A stretch of 64,000 bases of DNA, from the NCBI RefSeq assembly GCF_031769215.1, contig NW_026782804.1, positions 124,001 through 188,000 on the forward strand. The letters run 5' to 3'. This document shows positions 1-13,187 of the stretch, piece after piece. The notes under the pieces are model-generated. The model worked only from the letters and a program-made list of their open reading frames with translations, ran no database searches and was not told where the DNA came from. Source of the DNA: Ylistrum balloti. Taxonomy: Eukaryota. A program made the position numbers and the translations under genes. Position 1 is the first letter of the stretch. Each line of letters begins with the position of its first letter.

Positions 1-955
1 ATGCTTACAACAGACATGGTGACAACAGACATGGTTACAACAGACCCGGTTACAACAGACCTGGTTGAAACAGACATGGTAACAACAGACCTGGTTACAA
101 CAGATATGCTTACAAAAGACATGGTTACAACAGACCTGGTTACAACAGACATGAATACAACAGACATGGTTACAACAGACATGATTACAACAGACATGGT
201 TACAACAGACATGGTTACAACAGACATGGTTATAACAGACAGACCTGTTTACAACATAAATGGTAACAACAGACTTGGTTACAACAGACATGGTTACAAC
301 AGACATGCTTACAACAGACATGCTTACAACAGACATGGTTACAACATACAAGCTTAAAACAGAATGGTTACTACAGACCTGGTTACAAGAGACATGGTCA
401 CAACAGACATGGTTTCAACAGACCTGGTTACAACAGACCTGGTTACAACAGACATGGTTACAACAGACATGGTTACAACCAACATGGTTACAACTGACCT
501 GTTTATAACAGACATGCTTACAACGGACATGGTGACAACAGACATGGTTACAACAGACCTGGTTACAACAGACCTGGTTGCAACAGACCTGGTTGAAACA
601 GACATGGTAACAACAGACCTGGTTACAACAGACATGGTTACAAAAGACATGGTTACAACAGACCTGTTTATAACAGACATGCTTACAACAGACATGGTTA
701 CAACAGATAAGCTTACAACAGACATGGTTACAGCAGACATGCTTAAAACAGTCAAGCTTACAACAGACATGCTTAAAACAGACCTGGTTACAATAGACAT
801 GGTTACAACAGATATGCTTACAACAGACATGCTTAAAACAGACCTGGTTACAATAGACCTGGTTACAACAGACATGCTTACAACAGACATGCTTACAACA
901 GACCTGGTTACAATAGACAGGCTTAAAACAGACCTGGTTACAACAGACATGTTAT
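1..955. repeat. 15-bp minisatellite ACAACAGACATGGTT
   Basis: Continuous tandem copies running off the window start; source of the TTDMV pseudo-ORFs. Confidence 0.97.
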
Positions 956-1862
956 CAACGTGCTTTGGGCAGACTTTTATTATCAGTGTGGGACCTAGTA
1001 TTACACGAATACCTAAACTGTTTTGGTTGTAGAACCAGAGATGCATGTAAGCCGTTTTGCATTTTTCATTACTGGACCATACATGGTAATTATTTCAAAA
1101 TGTCTGTATTGAATCCTTAAGAAAAACCTTACTATTGGACTAATGCCTCACACAAATCGATAGGGAAATGTTTTCAGCTCTAACACAGTGTTTACATTCT
1201 GGAAGCTTTGGCGAAAATTATATTCATAAAAACGCTCACAACAAATATCTTTTCATATTGAGGTAATCAAAAAGAAAACAGGCACGACAGAACGAAGCTC
1301 TACTGGCCTAGCAGGTGATACAATGTCGGTAAAAAGAAAGATGTAATGAAATAAGAAGGAAATCCCGATAAACCACGATTGAAATAGTATATTAAAACGA
1401 AGCCCCTTGTGTCCTTGACTTTTTAAGTAGTCTGACTCCGTAAAAGTAACTAAAAATGAAGCGGAAAAAATAACTTGAAATTTTAAAGTTAAGCACAAAT
1501 TTATTTTTACTCCATATCTAGGTGAATTCCCGTCAATCAAAACTGGTACCAAATTATCTCCAACAACATATTGTGGTATCTTGTATGTGCTGATTTTCCT
1601 CTAATCTCACTCTAATGTGGACAGATGTCCAGCTGATCCGGTAAACACACAATGGTGCTGATTAACGTGTCTACATATGTATTACTATCTTGTACCCTCC
1701 ACTATCAAACCTTCAAAATATTTTCCCTTGCGTGTTTTATTTAATTGGCAAAGTGAACATTGTTATCTTTTTTTACTTGCAATTTAAATAGTTCTGCCAA
1801 ACTAAGTTTAACAAAGTTGGATAGCTTACGAACAAGTAATTGTCGATGGAACATTGTTTTGA

Positions 1863-2011
1863 TGCAGCTGTTGGGTAAGAGCTCAGTACGAAATTTGTGG
1901 GATGGAAGGAGCTCGAGGTGCAGTGTTGGGTAAGAGCTCAGTACGAAATTTGTGGGATGGAAGGAGCTCGAGGTGCAGTGCTGGGTCAGGGCTCCGCACG
2001 AAATCTGTAGG
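1863..2011. repeat. 55-bp tandem repeat (2 copies plus a degenerate partial third)
   Basis: TGTTGGGTAAGAGCTCAGTACGAAATTTGTGGG at 1869 and 1924. Confidence 0.85.
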
Positions 2012-2029
2012 CTGAAGCGGGAATCACTT

Positions 2030-4055
2030 ACACGTGATCATGGATGGGGGGGCTGCTAATGTGGCTGCTGACACTTGATCATGGATGGGGGGCCTAATGT
2101 GGATGTTGGCACGTGATCATGGATGGGGGGGCCTGATGTGGCTGTTGGCACGTGATCATAGAAAGGAAACCTAATGTGGCTGTTGTCACGTGATCATGGA
2201 TGGGAGGCCTAATGTGGATGTTGGCACGTGATCATGGATGGGGGGGCCTGATGTGGCTGTTGGCACGTGATCATAGAAAGGAGACCTAATGTGGCTGTTG
2301 TCACGTGATCATGGATGGGGGGCCTAATGTGGATGTTGGCACGTGATCATGGATGGGGGGCCTGATGTGGCTGTTGGCACGTGATCATAGAAAGGAGACC
2401 TGATGTGGCTGTTGGCACGTGATCATGGATGGGGGGGCCTGATGTGGCTGTTGGCACGTGATCATAGAAAGGAGACCTTATGTGGTTGTTGTCACGTGAT
2501 CATGGATGGGGGGCCTAATGTGGATGTTGGCACGTGATCATGGATGGGGGGGCCTGATGTGGCTGTTGGCACGTGATCATAGAAAGGAGACCTAATGTGG
2601 CTGTTGTCACGTGATCATGGATGGGGGGCCTAATGTGGATGTTGGCACGTGATCATGGATGGGGGGGCCTGATGTGGCTGTTGGCACGTGATCATAGAAA
2701 GGAGACCTGATGTGGCTGTTGGCACGTGATCATGGATGGGGGGGCCTGATGAGGCTGTTGGCACGTGATCATAGAAAGGAGACCTGATGTGGCTGCTGAC
2801 ACTTGATCATGGATGGGGGGCCTAATGTGGATGTTGGCACGTGATCATGGATGGGGGGGCCTGATGTGGCTGTTGGCACGTGATCATAGAAAGGAGACCT
2901 AATGTGGCTGTTGGCACGTGATCATGGATGGGGGGCCTAATGTGGATGTTGGCACGTGATCATGGATGGGGGGGCCTGATGTGGCTGTTGGCACGTGATC
3001 ATAGAAAGGAGACCTAATGTGGCTGTTGTCACGTGATCATGGATGGGGGGCCTAATGTGGATGTTGGCACGTGATCATGGATGGGGGGCCTGATGTGGCT
3101 GTTGGCACGTGATCATAGAAAGGAGACCTGATGTGGCTGTTGGCACGTGATCATGGATGGGGGGGCCTGATGTGGCTGTTGGCACGTGATCATAGAAAGG
3201 AGACCTTATGTGGTTGTTGTCACGTGATCATGGATGGGGGGCCTAATGTGGATGTTGGCACGTGATCATGGATGGGGGGGCCTGATGTGGCTGTTGGCAC
3301 GTGATCATAGAAAGGAGACCTAATGTGGCTGTTGTCACGTGATCATGGATGGGGGGCCTAATGTGGATGTTGGCACGTGATCATGGATGGGGGGCCTGAT
3401 GTGGCTGTTGGCACGTGATCATAGAAAGGAGACCTGATGTGGCTGTTGGCACGTGATCATGGATGGGGGGGCCTGATGTGGCTGTTGGCACGTGATCATA
3501 GAAAGGAGACCTAATGTGGTTGTTGTCACGTGATCATGGATGGGGCCTAATGTGGATGTTGGCACGTGATCATGGATGGGGGGGCCTGATGTGGCTGTTG
3601 GCACGTGATCATAGAAAGGAGACCTGATGTGGCTGTTGGCACGTGATCATGGATGGGGGGGCCTGATGAGGCTGTTGGCACGTGATCATAGAAAGGAGAC
3701 CTGATGTGGCTGCTGACACTTGATCATGGATGGGGGGCCTAATGTGGATGTTGGCACGTGATCATGGATGGGGGGGCCTGATGTGGCTGTTGGCACGTGA
3801 TCATAGAAAGGAGACCTAATGTGGCTGTTGGCACGTGATCATGGATGGGGGGGCCTGATGTGGATGTTGGCACTTGATCATGGATGGGGGGCCCTGATAT
3901 GGATGTTGGCACGTGATCATAGAAAGGAGACCTGATGTGGCTGTTGGCACGTGATCATGGATGGGAGGCCTGATGTGGATGTTGGCACGTGATCATGGAT
4001 GGGGGGCCTGATGTGGCTGTTGGCACGTGATCATGGATCGGAGGCCTGATGTGGC
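2030..4055. repeat. Minisatellite of about 38 bp with alternating variants
   Basis: GATCATGGATGGGGGGCCTGATGTGGCTGTTGGCACGT and GATCATAGAAAGGAGACCTAATGTGGCTGTTGTCACGT in a mostly three-unit pattern. Confidence 0.97.
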
Positions 4056-4662
4056 ACCTGATATTTGTTAATGTAAGTGGGAAAATGTGCTGAATTTGGA
4101 TCAGGAGTGAATCACTAGGTATAGGTTGTATATATCTAATGTGATATTAAATTATCAATATTGTCGTCCATTAAATCGGTCACTGACGATACACGCATTA
4201 ATACTGTTAGCGACACTTTGTTAGACGGTAGTTTATTACAATAGAACCCAGACAAATGAAGAATCAAATAGTGCCTTTAGATTTAAATAGCAAATCACCA
4301 GTGTCCAAGGCCAAGAACCAAACATGTGGAATGAAGTTCCAAATAATTATGTCAAATTATCGCCTGTAAAATGTACCTCTCATTTATACTAACGTAACGT
4401 CAATGGGCGAATACTGAAAGGTTTCGAAAACAGCGGCAGGTCAAGATTAAGAGTAATGACTTGTGTTACAACACACCTGTACTGGTAGCCAGAGTTTCCT
4501 TCAGATCTTATACATGTTGCCATTCTCATGCTCAAGAATGAAATCTACGTTACGCCCAGATTTCCTTAGCAGTACAAAAGTAAAAAAATGAAATGTTGAA
4601 AGTATTATTTCACTGTCCACACGATTATTGAAGGAAGTATTTATTCATAGCTCAGCTTTATT

Positions 4663-6161
4663 CCCAGGTGTATTTGTCTTTCCTAGGTGTATGTGTCATT
4701 CCCAGGTGTATATGTCATTCCCAGGTATATGTGTCATTCCCAGGTGTATATGTCATTCCCCAGGTAAATATGTCATTCCCCAGGTAAATATGTCATTCCA
4801 AGGTGTACGTGTCATTCCCAGGTGTACGTGTCATTTCCAGGTGTACGTGTCATTCCCAGGTGCATGTGTCATTCCCAGGTGCATGTGTCATTCACAGGTA
4901 TATGTGTTATTTCCAGGTGTATGTGTCATTACCAGGTGTATATGTCATTCTCGGGTGTATGTGTCATTCCCAGGTGTACGTGTCATTTCCAGGTGTACGT
5001 GTCATTCCCAGGTGTACGTGTCATTCCCAGGTGCATGTGTCATTCACAGGTGTAGGTGTCATTCCCAGGTGTACGTGTCATTCCCAGGTGTACGTGTCAT
5101 TCCCAGGTGCATGTGTCATTCCCAGGTGTAGGTGTCATTCCCAGGTGTACGTGTCATTCCAAGGTGTACGTGTCATTCCCAGGTGTACGTGTCATTTCCA
5201 GGTGTATATGTCATTCCCAGGTGTACGTGTCATTTCCAGGTGTCCGTGTCATTCCCAGGTGTATGTGTCATTCCAAGGTGTATGTGTTATTTCCAGGTGT
5301 ATGTGTCATTCCCAGGTGTATGTGTCATTCCCAGGTGTACGTATTATTCCTAGGTGTATGTGTCATTTCCAGGTGTATGTGTCATTCCCAGGTGTAAGTG
5401 TCATTCCCCAGGTGAATGTGTCATTTCCAGGTGTACGTGTCATTCCCAGGCGTACGTGTCATTTCCAGGCGTACGTGTCATTTCCAGGTGTACGTGTCAT
5501 TTCCAGGTGTATGTGTTATTCCCAGGTGCATGTGTCATTCCCAGGTGCATGTGTCATTCCCAGGTATATGTGTTATTTCCAGTTGTATGTGTCATTCCCA
5601 GGTGTACGTGTCATTCCCAGGTGTATGTGTCATTTCCAGGTGTACGTGTCATTTCCAGGTGTATGTTTCATTCCCAGGTGTACGTGTCATTCCCAGGTGT
5701 ACGTGTCATTTCCAGGTATATGTGTCATTCCCAGGTGTAGGTGTCATTTCCAGGTGTATGTGTCATTCCCAGGTGTACGTGTTATTTCCAGGTGTATGTG
5801 TCATTCCCAGGTGTATGTGTCATTCCAAGGTGTATGTGTCAATCCCAGGTGTATGTGTCATTCCCAGGTGTATGTGTTATTCCCAGGTGTATGTGTCATT
5901 TCCAGGTGCATGTGTCATTCCCAGGTATATGTGTCATTCCCAGGTGTATGTGTTATTCCCAGGTGTATGTGTCATTCCCAGGTGCATGTGTCATTCGCAG
6001 ATGCATGTGTCATTCCCAGGTATATGTGTCATTTCCAGGTGTATGTGTCATTCCCAGGTGTACGTGTCATTCCCAGGTGTACGTGTCATTTCCAGGTGTA
6101 CGTGTCATTTCAAGGTGTACGTGTCCTTTCCAGGTGTACGTGTCATTCCCAGGTGTACGTG
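4663..6161. repeat. 19-bp minisatellite GTGTCATTCCCAGGTGTAC
   Basis: Continuous tandem copies. Confidence 0.97.
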
Positions 6162-7840
6162 TCCTGACTAACATAGTAAGGCTACCAGTTCTGACTAATA
6201 TAGTAAGGCTACAGTCCTGACTAACATAGGAAGGTTACCAGACCTGACTAACATAGAAAGGCTACCAGTCCTGACTAACATAGGAAGGCTGCCAGTCCTG
6301 ACTAACATTGTAAGGCTACCAGTCCTGACTGACATAGGAAGGCTAACAGTCCTGACTAACATAGTAAGGCTACCAGTCCTGACTAACATAGGAAGGCTCC
6401 CAGTCCTGACTAACATAGTAAGGCTACCAGTCCTGACTAACATAGGAAGGCTCCCAGTCCTCACTAACACAGTAAGGCTGCTTGCCCTGACTAGCATAGT
6501 AAGGCTTCTGGCCCTGACTAACATAGTAAGGTTACTGGCCCTGACTAACATAGGAAGGCTGCCAGTCCTGACTAACATAGTAAGGTTACAGTCCTGACTA
6601 ACATAGGAAGGTTACCAGACCTGACTAACATAGAAAGGCTACCAGTCCTGACTAACATAGGAAGGCTGCCAGTCCTGACTAACATTGTAAGGCTACCAGT
6701 CCTGACTGACATAGGAAGGCTAACAGTCCTGACTAACATAGTAAGGCTACCAGTCCTGACTAACATAGGAAGGCTCCCAGTCCTGACTAACATAGTAAGG
6801 CTACCAGTCCTGACTAACATAGGAAGGCTCCCAGTCCTGACTAACACAGTAAGGCTGCTTGCCCTGACTAGCATAGTAAGGCTTCTGGCCCTGACTAACA
6901 TAGTAAGGTTACTGGCCCTGACTAACATAGGAAGGCTGCCAGTCCTGACTAACATAGTAAGGTTACAGTCCTGACTAACATAGTAAGGCTACCAGTCTTG
7001 ACTAACATAGTAAGGCTACCAGTCCTGACTAACATAGGAAGGCTTCCAGTCCTGACTAAGATAGTAAGGCTCCCAGTCCTGACTAACATAGGAAGGCTGC
7101 TAGTCCTGACTAACATAGTAAGGCTTCTGGCCCTGACTAACATAGTAAGGTTACTGGCCCTGACTAACATAGGAAGGCTAACAGTCCTGACTAACATAGT
7201 AAGGTTACAGTCCTGACTAACGTAGGAAGGCTACCAGTCCTGACTAACATAGGAAGGCTCCCAGTCCTGACTAACACAGGAAGGCTACCAGTCCTGACTA
7301 AGATAGTAAGGCTCCCAGTCCTGACTAACATAGGAAGGCTAACAGTCCTGACTAACATAGGAAGGCTCCCAGTCCTGACTAACATAGGAAGGCTAACAGT
7401 CCTGACTAACATAGGAAGGCTCCCAGTCCCGACTAACATAGGAAGGCTACCAGTCCTGACTAACATAGGAAGGCTCCCAGTCCTGACTAACATAGGAAGG
7501 CCCCCAGTCCTGACTAACATAGGAAGGCTCCCAGTCCTGACTAACATAGGAAGGCTCCCAGTCCTGACTAACACAGGAAGGCTCCCAGTCCTGACGAACA
7601 TTGGAAGGCTACCAGTCCTGACTAACATAGGAAGGCTCCCAGTCCTGACTAACACAGGAAGGCTCCCAGTCCTGACTATCATAGGAAGGCTCCCAGTCCT
7701 GACTAACGTAGGAAGTCTCCCAGTCCTGACTAATGTAGGAAGGCTCCCAGTCCTGACTTACATAGGAAGGCTCCCAGTCCTGACTAACATAGGAAGGCTA
7801 ACAGTCCTGACTAACATAGGAAGGCTAACAGTCCTGACTA
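6162..7840. repeat. 27-bp minisatellite GTCCTGACTAACATAGGAAGGCTCCCA with an internal 377-bp duplication
   Basis: Tandem copies; 6195-6571 is repeated at 6572-6948 (near-identical ORFs at offset 377). Confidence 0.97.
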
Positions 7841-9212
7841 AATTTGTCAATTAAGATGTGACAGCTTAATTATTATTACCGCGTAAAGGATGAATAGATA
7901 AATGAGAGGTTCCTTGATAATTTACCACACATAAAATAAATAATGTCAAATGTTCCTGTCTGATAAGATTTAGTTTATCGACTCATCATGTTGTTAATAA
8001 TCCAAGCAGTTTTGTCTCGTTTAATGCCTAAGTGCCGACATTCAAACTGTGTTGGACATACTCTATTACCAAAATCTCTAGTTACAATCCTTACCACTAT
8101 TTAATGACGTCACACCTTTTAGTCAAAGGTACGGGAAACTTAATGTAGAACGTCCTTGTATCACTTTATTAGTTATAAATTCCATCAGTTTCACCAACCA
8201 GAAAAAATTATCTCACCGTCGCAAGATACCTGTAATGCATAGTCACTCTGACGCGATTCAGAGACATGCAGGTGACTATGGCTTTCTTAGAGAAAACTTC
8301 TGAAACCGAACAGTTCCTTCATAGCTTCATTAAGTCTTCGCCAAGTGTATCTCTGTGAGATAAGCCCCTCGGAAAGGACTCTTTGTACATTTTTATGTTA
8401 GTTCGATTATACAGAGGTGCTAGTTGTTTCTAGAGAGGAATTGGGGGGGAGAGAGTTTCTGGGGAACATTACAAGACAACAACATTATACAGTCTCTAGC
8501 TTTTATCAGAAGGATTGTTCGTGACTATCTGGAAACTGTTCAACAGCTTTTTACTAATGAAGAGTTCCTTCCTCACGTACATAAGGACGACGGGGACAGC
8601 AACTGCGTTATGTGTGATACATCCAGTTGGAGCCACGGTTAATAATTATAATTTGGGGAGAAATCATAAAATTAGTAACATCAGTATGTTTACTTCACCA
8701 AGGATTTGTAAATTAGTTAGGTGTTAAGGTTTTGATGTTTAGGTGATGGAAGTGTGATCAGAGTATATGAAATTCGTTGACCGGTATACTCCATATCTAC
8801 ACGCGCTCGGACATGACTTGTACAACGATTACGACGTTAATATTGACCACCACATCGATTGAACTGGCCTTGAGGCTTACTTCACTAAGCTGAATGGCAC
8901 CTGTTATCTTGGTTAACATGGGTCAGGAAGGATAACTCTAATCAGCGTAGGACTACAAACAAGAAATAATTGTCAGAGATACACATATGAGTACCTCCCT
9001 TTCATTCAATTTAGTAATTTATCGTGATTAAGCTGGATCCATAGACGGATCATCAGCTCCTGGCACGCGCCCGTCTAAAATTTGCCAAATGACCATTATT
9101 TGCTAGAATGATAAACTGAAATTCCACCATCACACCTCTGTTTAATACGACACTTTATATCACATACAAAAAAAAAAACCATTAATTATCTATATTCACA
9201 AAATAACATTTT

Positions 9213-11244
9213 GCAATTTTGTTGAATAATAATTTTGAAATTACAGTTAATAAAGAAAAGAAAGACTTGTTCGGAAATTTCTTGGCTCTTGATATTACAC
9301 AGGAGGGTGCTAAGATTACTTTAATTACAGTGTATGGTCCAAATACTGACTCGCCTATCTTCTATGATATGGTAGCTGATACTATTGAGGATTTTGGCAA
9401 TGCAAAATACATTATATGTGGTGATTTTAACCTAGTGGTAAGTCCTGACCTAGACTATGATAGTAACTTATCTTCTTTTGTAAATATCAAAAGAGACTGT
9501 CGTCAAGGCGACCCAATACCTTTTCATACTATGTGTTGAAATACTATGAATAAGACTTAGAAATAACAATGAGATTAAGGGTATCAATGTGAATAACTGT
9601 CCAATTCTCCTTTCTCAGTATGCAGATGACACTTCACTTATTCTAGATAGTTCAGAAATGTCTTTAAAATAATCTATTGTCGAATTGAAATATTTTGCTA
9701 AGATATCTGGTTTAAATCTCAATGTTGATAAAGCTCAAGTTATTAGGATAGGGAGCAAAAGTTACAGTGAAGATACAGTTTTACCTGAATTAGGCTTACA
9801 ATGGGGAAAAGATCAATTTAAACTGCTTGGAATAGATTTTAGTGTTAATTTACATGAGATCCCAAAATTAAATTTTGATAAAAAAACTAATTAAACTTAA
9901 AATGCTTGTTAAAACTTGGAGTAGACGAGCACTTACACCAATTGGTAAAATAGTCTTAATAAAATCTCTTCTTCTTTCACAATTTAACCATTTGTTTTTT
10001 TTTTTTTTTTTTTTTGCAAGGTCTCAATACAGTTTTATTCAACTTTTTGTGGAATAGGAAGGGGGGTCTGAAAATGGTTAATGTTAGGGTATTTATAGAT
10101 TCTTTAAAATTAGGTTGGATAAGAAGATTATATAAAAAAACATCAAGGTGGCAACAGATTTTCAAAACATTCTCAGACCCACACAAATTATCTATATGTG
10201 GCGGTGCCTATATTCAAGAATGTAAAAATAAATGCAAAAATAAATTTCGGAAGGATGTGTTTAAAGCCTGGGAAAGATCTAATGATTCAGATACAGTAAA
10301 GGAAAGAAAGAAAAAAACTCCATATTGACATTGCCATTATGGTATAACAGAGATTTACTTATAGGGAAAAAGTCTATTTTTTATAAATCATGGTACAAGA
10401 GGGGAGTAACAATAATTCATGATTTGGTAAAAGATATTGATACATGCTCGTTCTACACTCTTCAAGAATTTAATGAGATTTATCAAGTTAATACAAACTT
10501 TCTTCAATATAATGGTGTGATCTCTGCTATTAAATCATATGTAACAAAGATAGGCTATAGAAGGCAGTTAATCTTTCACCCTATCATCCCAAGTAACATA
10601 TTGTTTTTGTGAAAAATACAAAACTGACTAAAGATCTATATAATTTTATGGTTAAAAAATGTCCTTTACCTATGGGTAGGAAGAAGTGGGAAGACATATT
10701 TGAAGATATTGAGTTGAACTGGTCTGTTATTTATAAAACTCCATTTTGGGTTACCAATAACACAAAGCTACAGTGGTTTCAATACAGAATAGTGCAACAT
10801 ATTTTAACAACAAATACATATTTGTTTAAAGCTGGATTAGCAAATAGTCCTATCTGTCCTCTTTGTAACTTGGAGAGAGAGACAATCATTCATACTTTGT
10901 GGGAATGTGAAAAACTCATAATTTTTTGGTTAATGTTAAAACTCTTCTTGATGCACTATTGATTCCATTTTCTTTTAACAAGAAAAGCTTTATTTTTGGG
11001 GTAACTTCAGATTATGACAATGCTATAGGAAACTCAGCAGATAATGAAATTCTGATCATGATTATGTTGTATATATAAATCAAGATGTATACATAAAAAA
11101 TCTTAAATCCAAATATTCTGATCAATCAAAGAGTATTACACATTTCAAAAATATATTGCTAACAGCAAAGGTGATCTTGCACAGCAGAATTTAGAAAATA
11201 AATGGAGAAAATGGAGAAGATTATTAGACTTAAGTGATATTTAA
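9213..11244 (+). mobile_element. Decayed, 5'-truncated and internally deleted L1/Tx1-clade LINE ORF2
   Basis: APE endonuclease motifs (AILLNNNFE, TVYGPNTDSP, ICGDFN at 9420), RT motifs (RQGDP at 9501, SQYADD with YADD at 9619-9630, ISGL.LN.DK, LTPIGK..LIKSL), GGL..IDSLKLGWIRRL, and C-terminal zinc-finger region KLQWFQYRI...CPLC...ETIIHTLWEC; multiple stops and frameshifts. Confidence 0.92.
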
Positions 11245-11469
11245 GCTTTAATTGGTACCGATATGATCTGCCATCAAGTTTTTCTTACACCATGAAATAT
11301 TAGTTCTCTTTCTTAAATATATACATATATATCATTATTTCTCTTCGCTGACAAATTTCCTTTTTTAATGATTGGTGAATTTACTTATATATTTTTTCAT
11401 TATAACATCTATGAAAAAGGAAATATTTCTCTTTACTTACATATATTTTAGTTTCATCTGTAGCCCAGC

Positions 11470-11885
11470 CATTTTTTTCTCTTCTCCTCTCTCTCTTTCT
11501 CTCTTTCTCTCTCTCTTTCGCCCTCTCTCTCTACTGACTTAATATTGACTGACTTAATCTATTGGATTTCTTTTTGTTTTTGCAGAGAGTATGAAATGCG
11601 TGTGTGAGGATGTGAGTGATACATGTACAAAGGTATGCATGTCTATATGTTGGTAGAAATAGCGGATGTTGATGAAAATGCTGATGATGATATCATTGTG
11701 ATTATATAATTGTTATTGCGTTTATTATGGTAATGATAATCGTGTGTGAGGGTGTGGAAGATGTGTGACGGTAGAATGATAAATGACGAGTGTGTTGATA
11801 AATATACCGTGAAGAAAATGACTTCTACTGATGATGATGATGATGATGATGATGGTTGATGATGATGATGTTGTAGTTTAATGAG

Positions 11886-11942
<57 letters not shown>

Positions 11943-12004
11943 ATGGTTGATGACGATGGTGATGATAATGATAATGATGGTTGGTGATAATGAAGATGTT
12001 GTGG

Positions 12005-12059
<55 letters not shown>

Positions 12060-12060
12060 C
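11470..12060. repeat. Compound microsatellite: (CT)n, (GAT)n, (GCT)n
   Basis: CT-rich 11470-11535; (GCT)12 at 11888-11923; (GAT)n at 11829-11852 and 12008-12059. Confidence 0.95.
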
Positions 12061-13187
12061 ATGGGAAAGTGTGTTGCACATGTAGATGTCAGTATATGTA
12101 AAAATTATGAAACTTTTCAAAAATAAAAGAAATAAAAAAAAAAGATAGAAAAAAAGGACGTAAGAATAATCCGGAATATTAATTAAAAAAAGTAAAAAAA
12201 ATAACATATCATATAATGTAGAGAGGCCGTGCGCTTCCAGTGTTGTAGTATAGCTTGTAACGTTCTTGAACGTCATCAGTTTTTAATAAAGAGGTATGGC
12301 GCTTTATCGTGACAACTATTTCAGTTCATTGCCTTGGTCGGTCCAATGATTCATAACAAATGACGACAGTGATTTGAAGTCATCTTGTCTATAGAACAGG
12401 AGTTGTACTGACTGTAAATGTCGCTGGCGATAGCGCCATCTAAACTTCACGAGAAAACCAAAGATCGACTTAAATATGTGACAGTTTATCATTCTAAAGA
12501 AACATTGAGATGGCACTCTACCATGTCTCCAATAGGGCTCTGTAGATTGGCACTATCATGTAACTCATCAGCTGCATTCACTATCACCAATATAAATAAT
12601 GATTTAAAGGACAATCGCATTTAGAATTAGTTTATGAAAATGTGTATTGAAAAAAAAAAAAAAAACAATAACAACAACAGTAGCCGAGATCGAACTTGCG
12701 ACCGAAAATTCCACTAATACGTAAGTAAGGTCTTATCGTTAATGCTTTAGGCGAGTGGAATTTTTGGCCCAATTCGATTTTTCAGGTTTTAGGTATTAGT
12801 GCACGTTTTAACCAATATCTGATCGCACTGGATTGGGTTCAGTTGTCTAAAAGTTGGTACTGTATGCGTACGCTGTGTGTCAAATTGCATTTAAAGCCGG
12901 GGAAATCCTTTTTAGTGCATGCTGCATCAGGTAGCAACTTCTACGATCTGTGAAAAAAAAATAACACATAACACATATTTTAATTTTGTTTCTGGAAATT
13001 AGCACTGGGATATAACTCACTAGGATAACTTATCCGAACTCATCGAAAACGAATAAAATAGTTTTTGGCCACATCAATGCTGAATCAGGCGGTTACACGC
13101 CATATCTCAGTCTCGTATGGGATACTTCAAATACAGGTAAGTTACACATGACAAATGATAACTAAGGCTAAGTACATTACACGTGAC

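Noticed and set aside
1-1046. Mucin-like TTDMV ORFs
   Set aside because: 15-bp minisatellite open in several frames on both strands; no flanking coding context.
4628-7682. Cys/Val-rich and LVRTG repeat ORFs
   Set aside because: Products of the 19-bp and 27-bp arrays, with frames shifting at unit-length variants.
8200-8730. 72-aa ORF containing LAFIRRIVRD, faintly like an RT C-terminal motif
   Set aside because: One short motif only, with no supporting motifs in order.
11643-12276. Poly-His/Gln/Ser/Ile ORFs
   Set aside because: Translations of GAT/GCT microsatellites.
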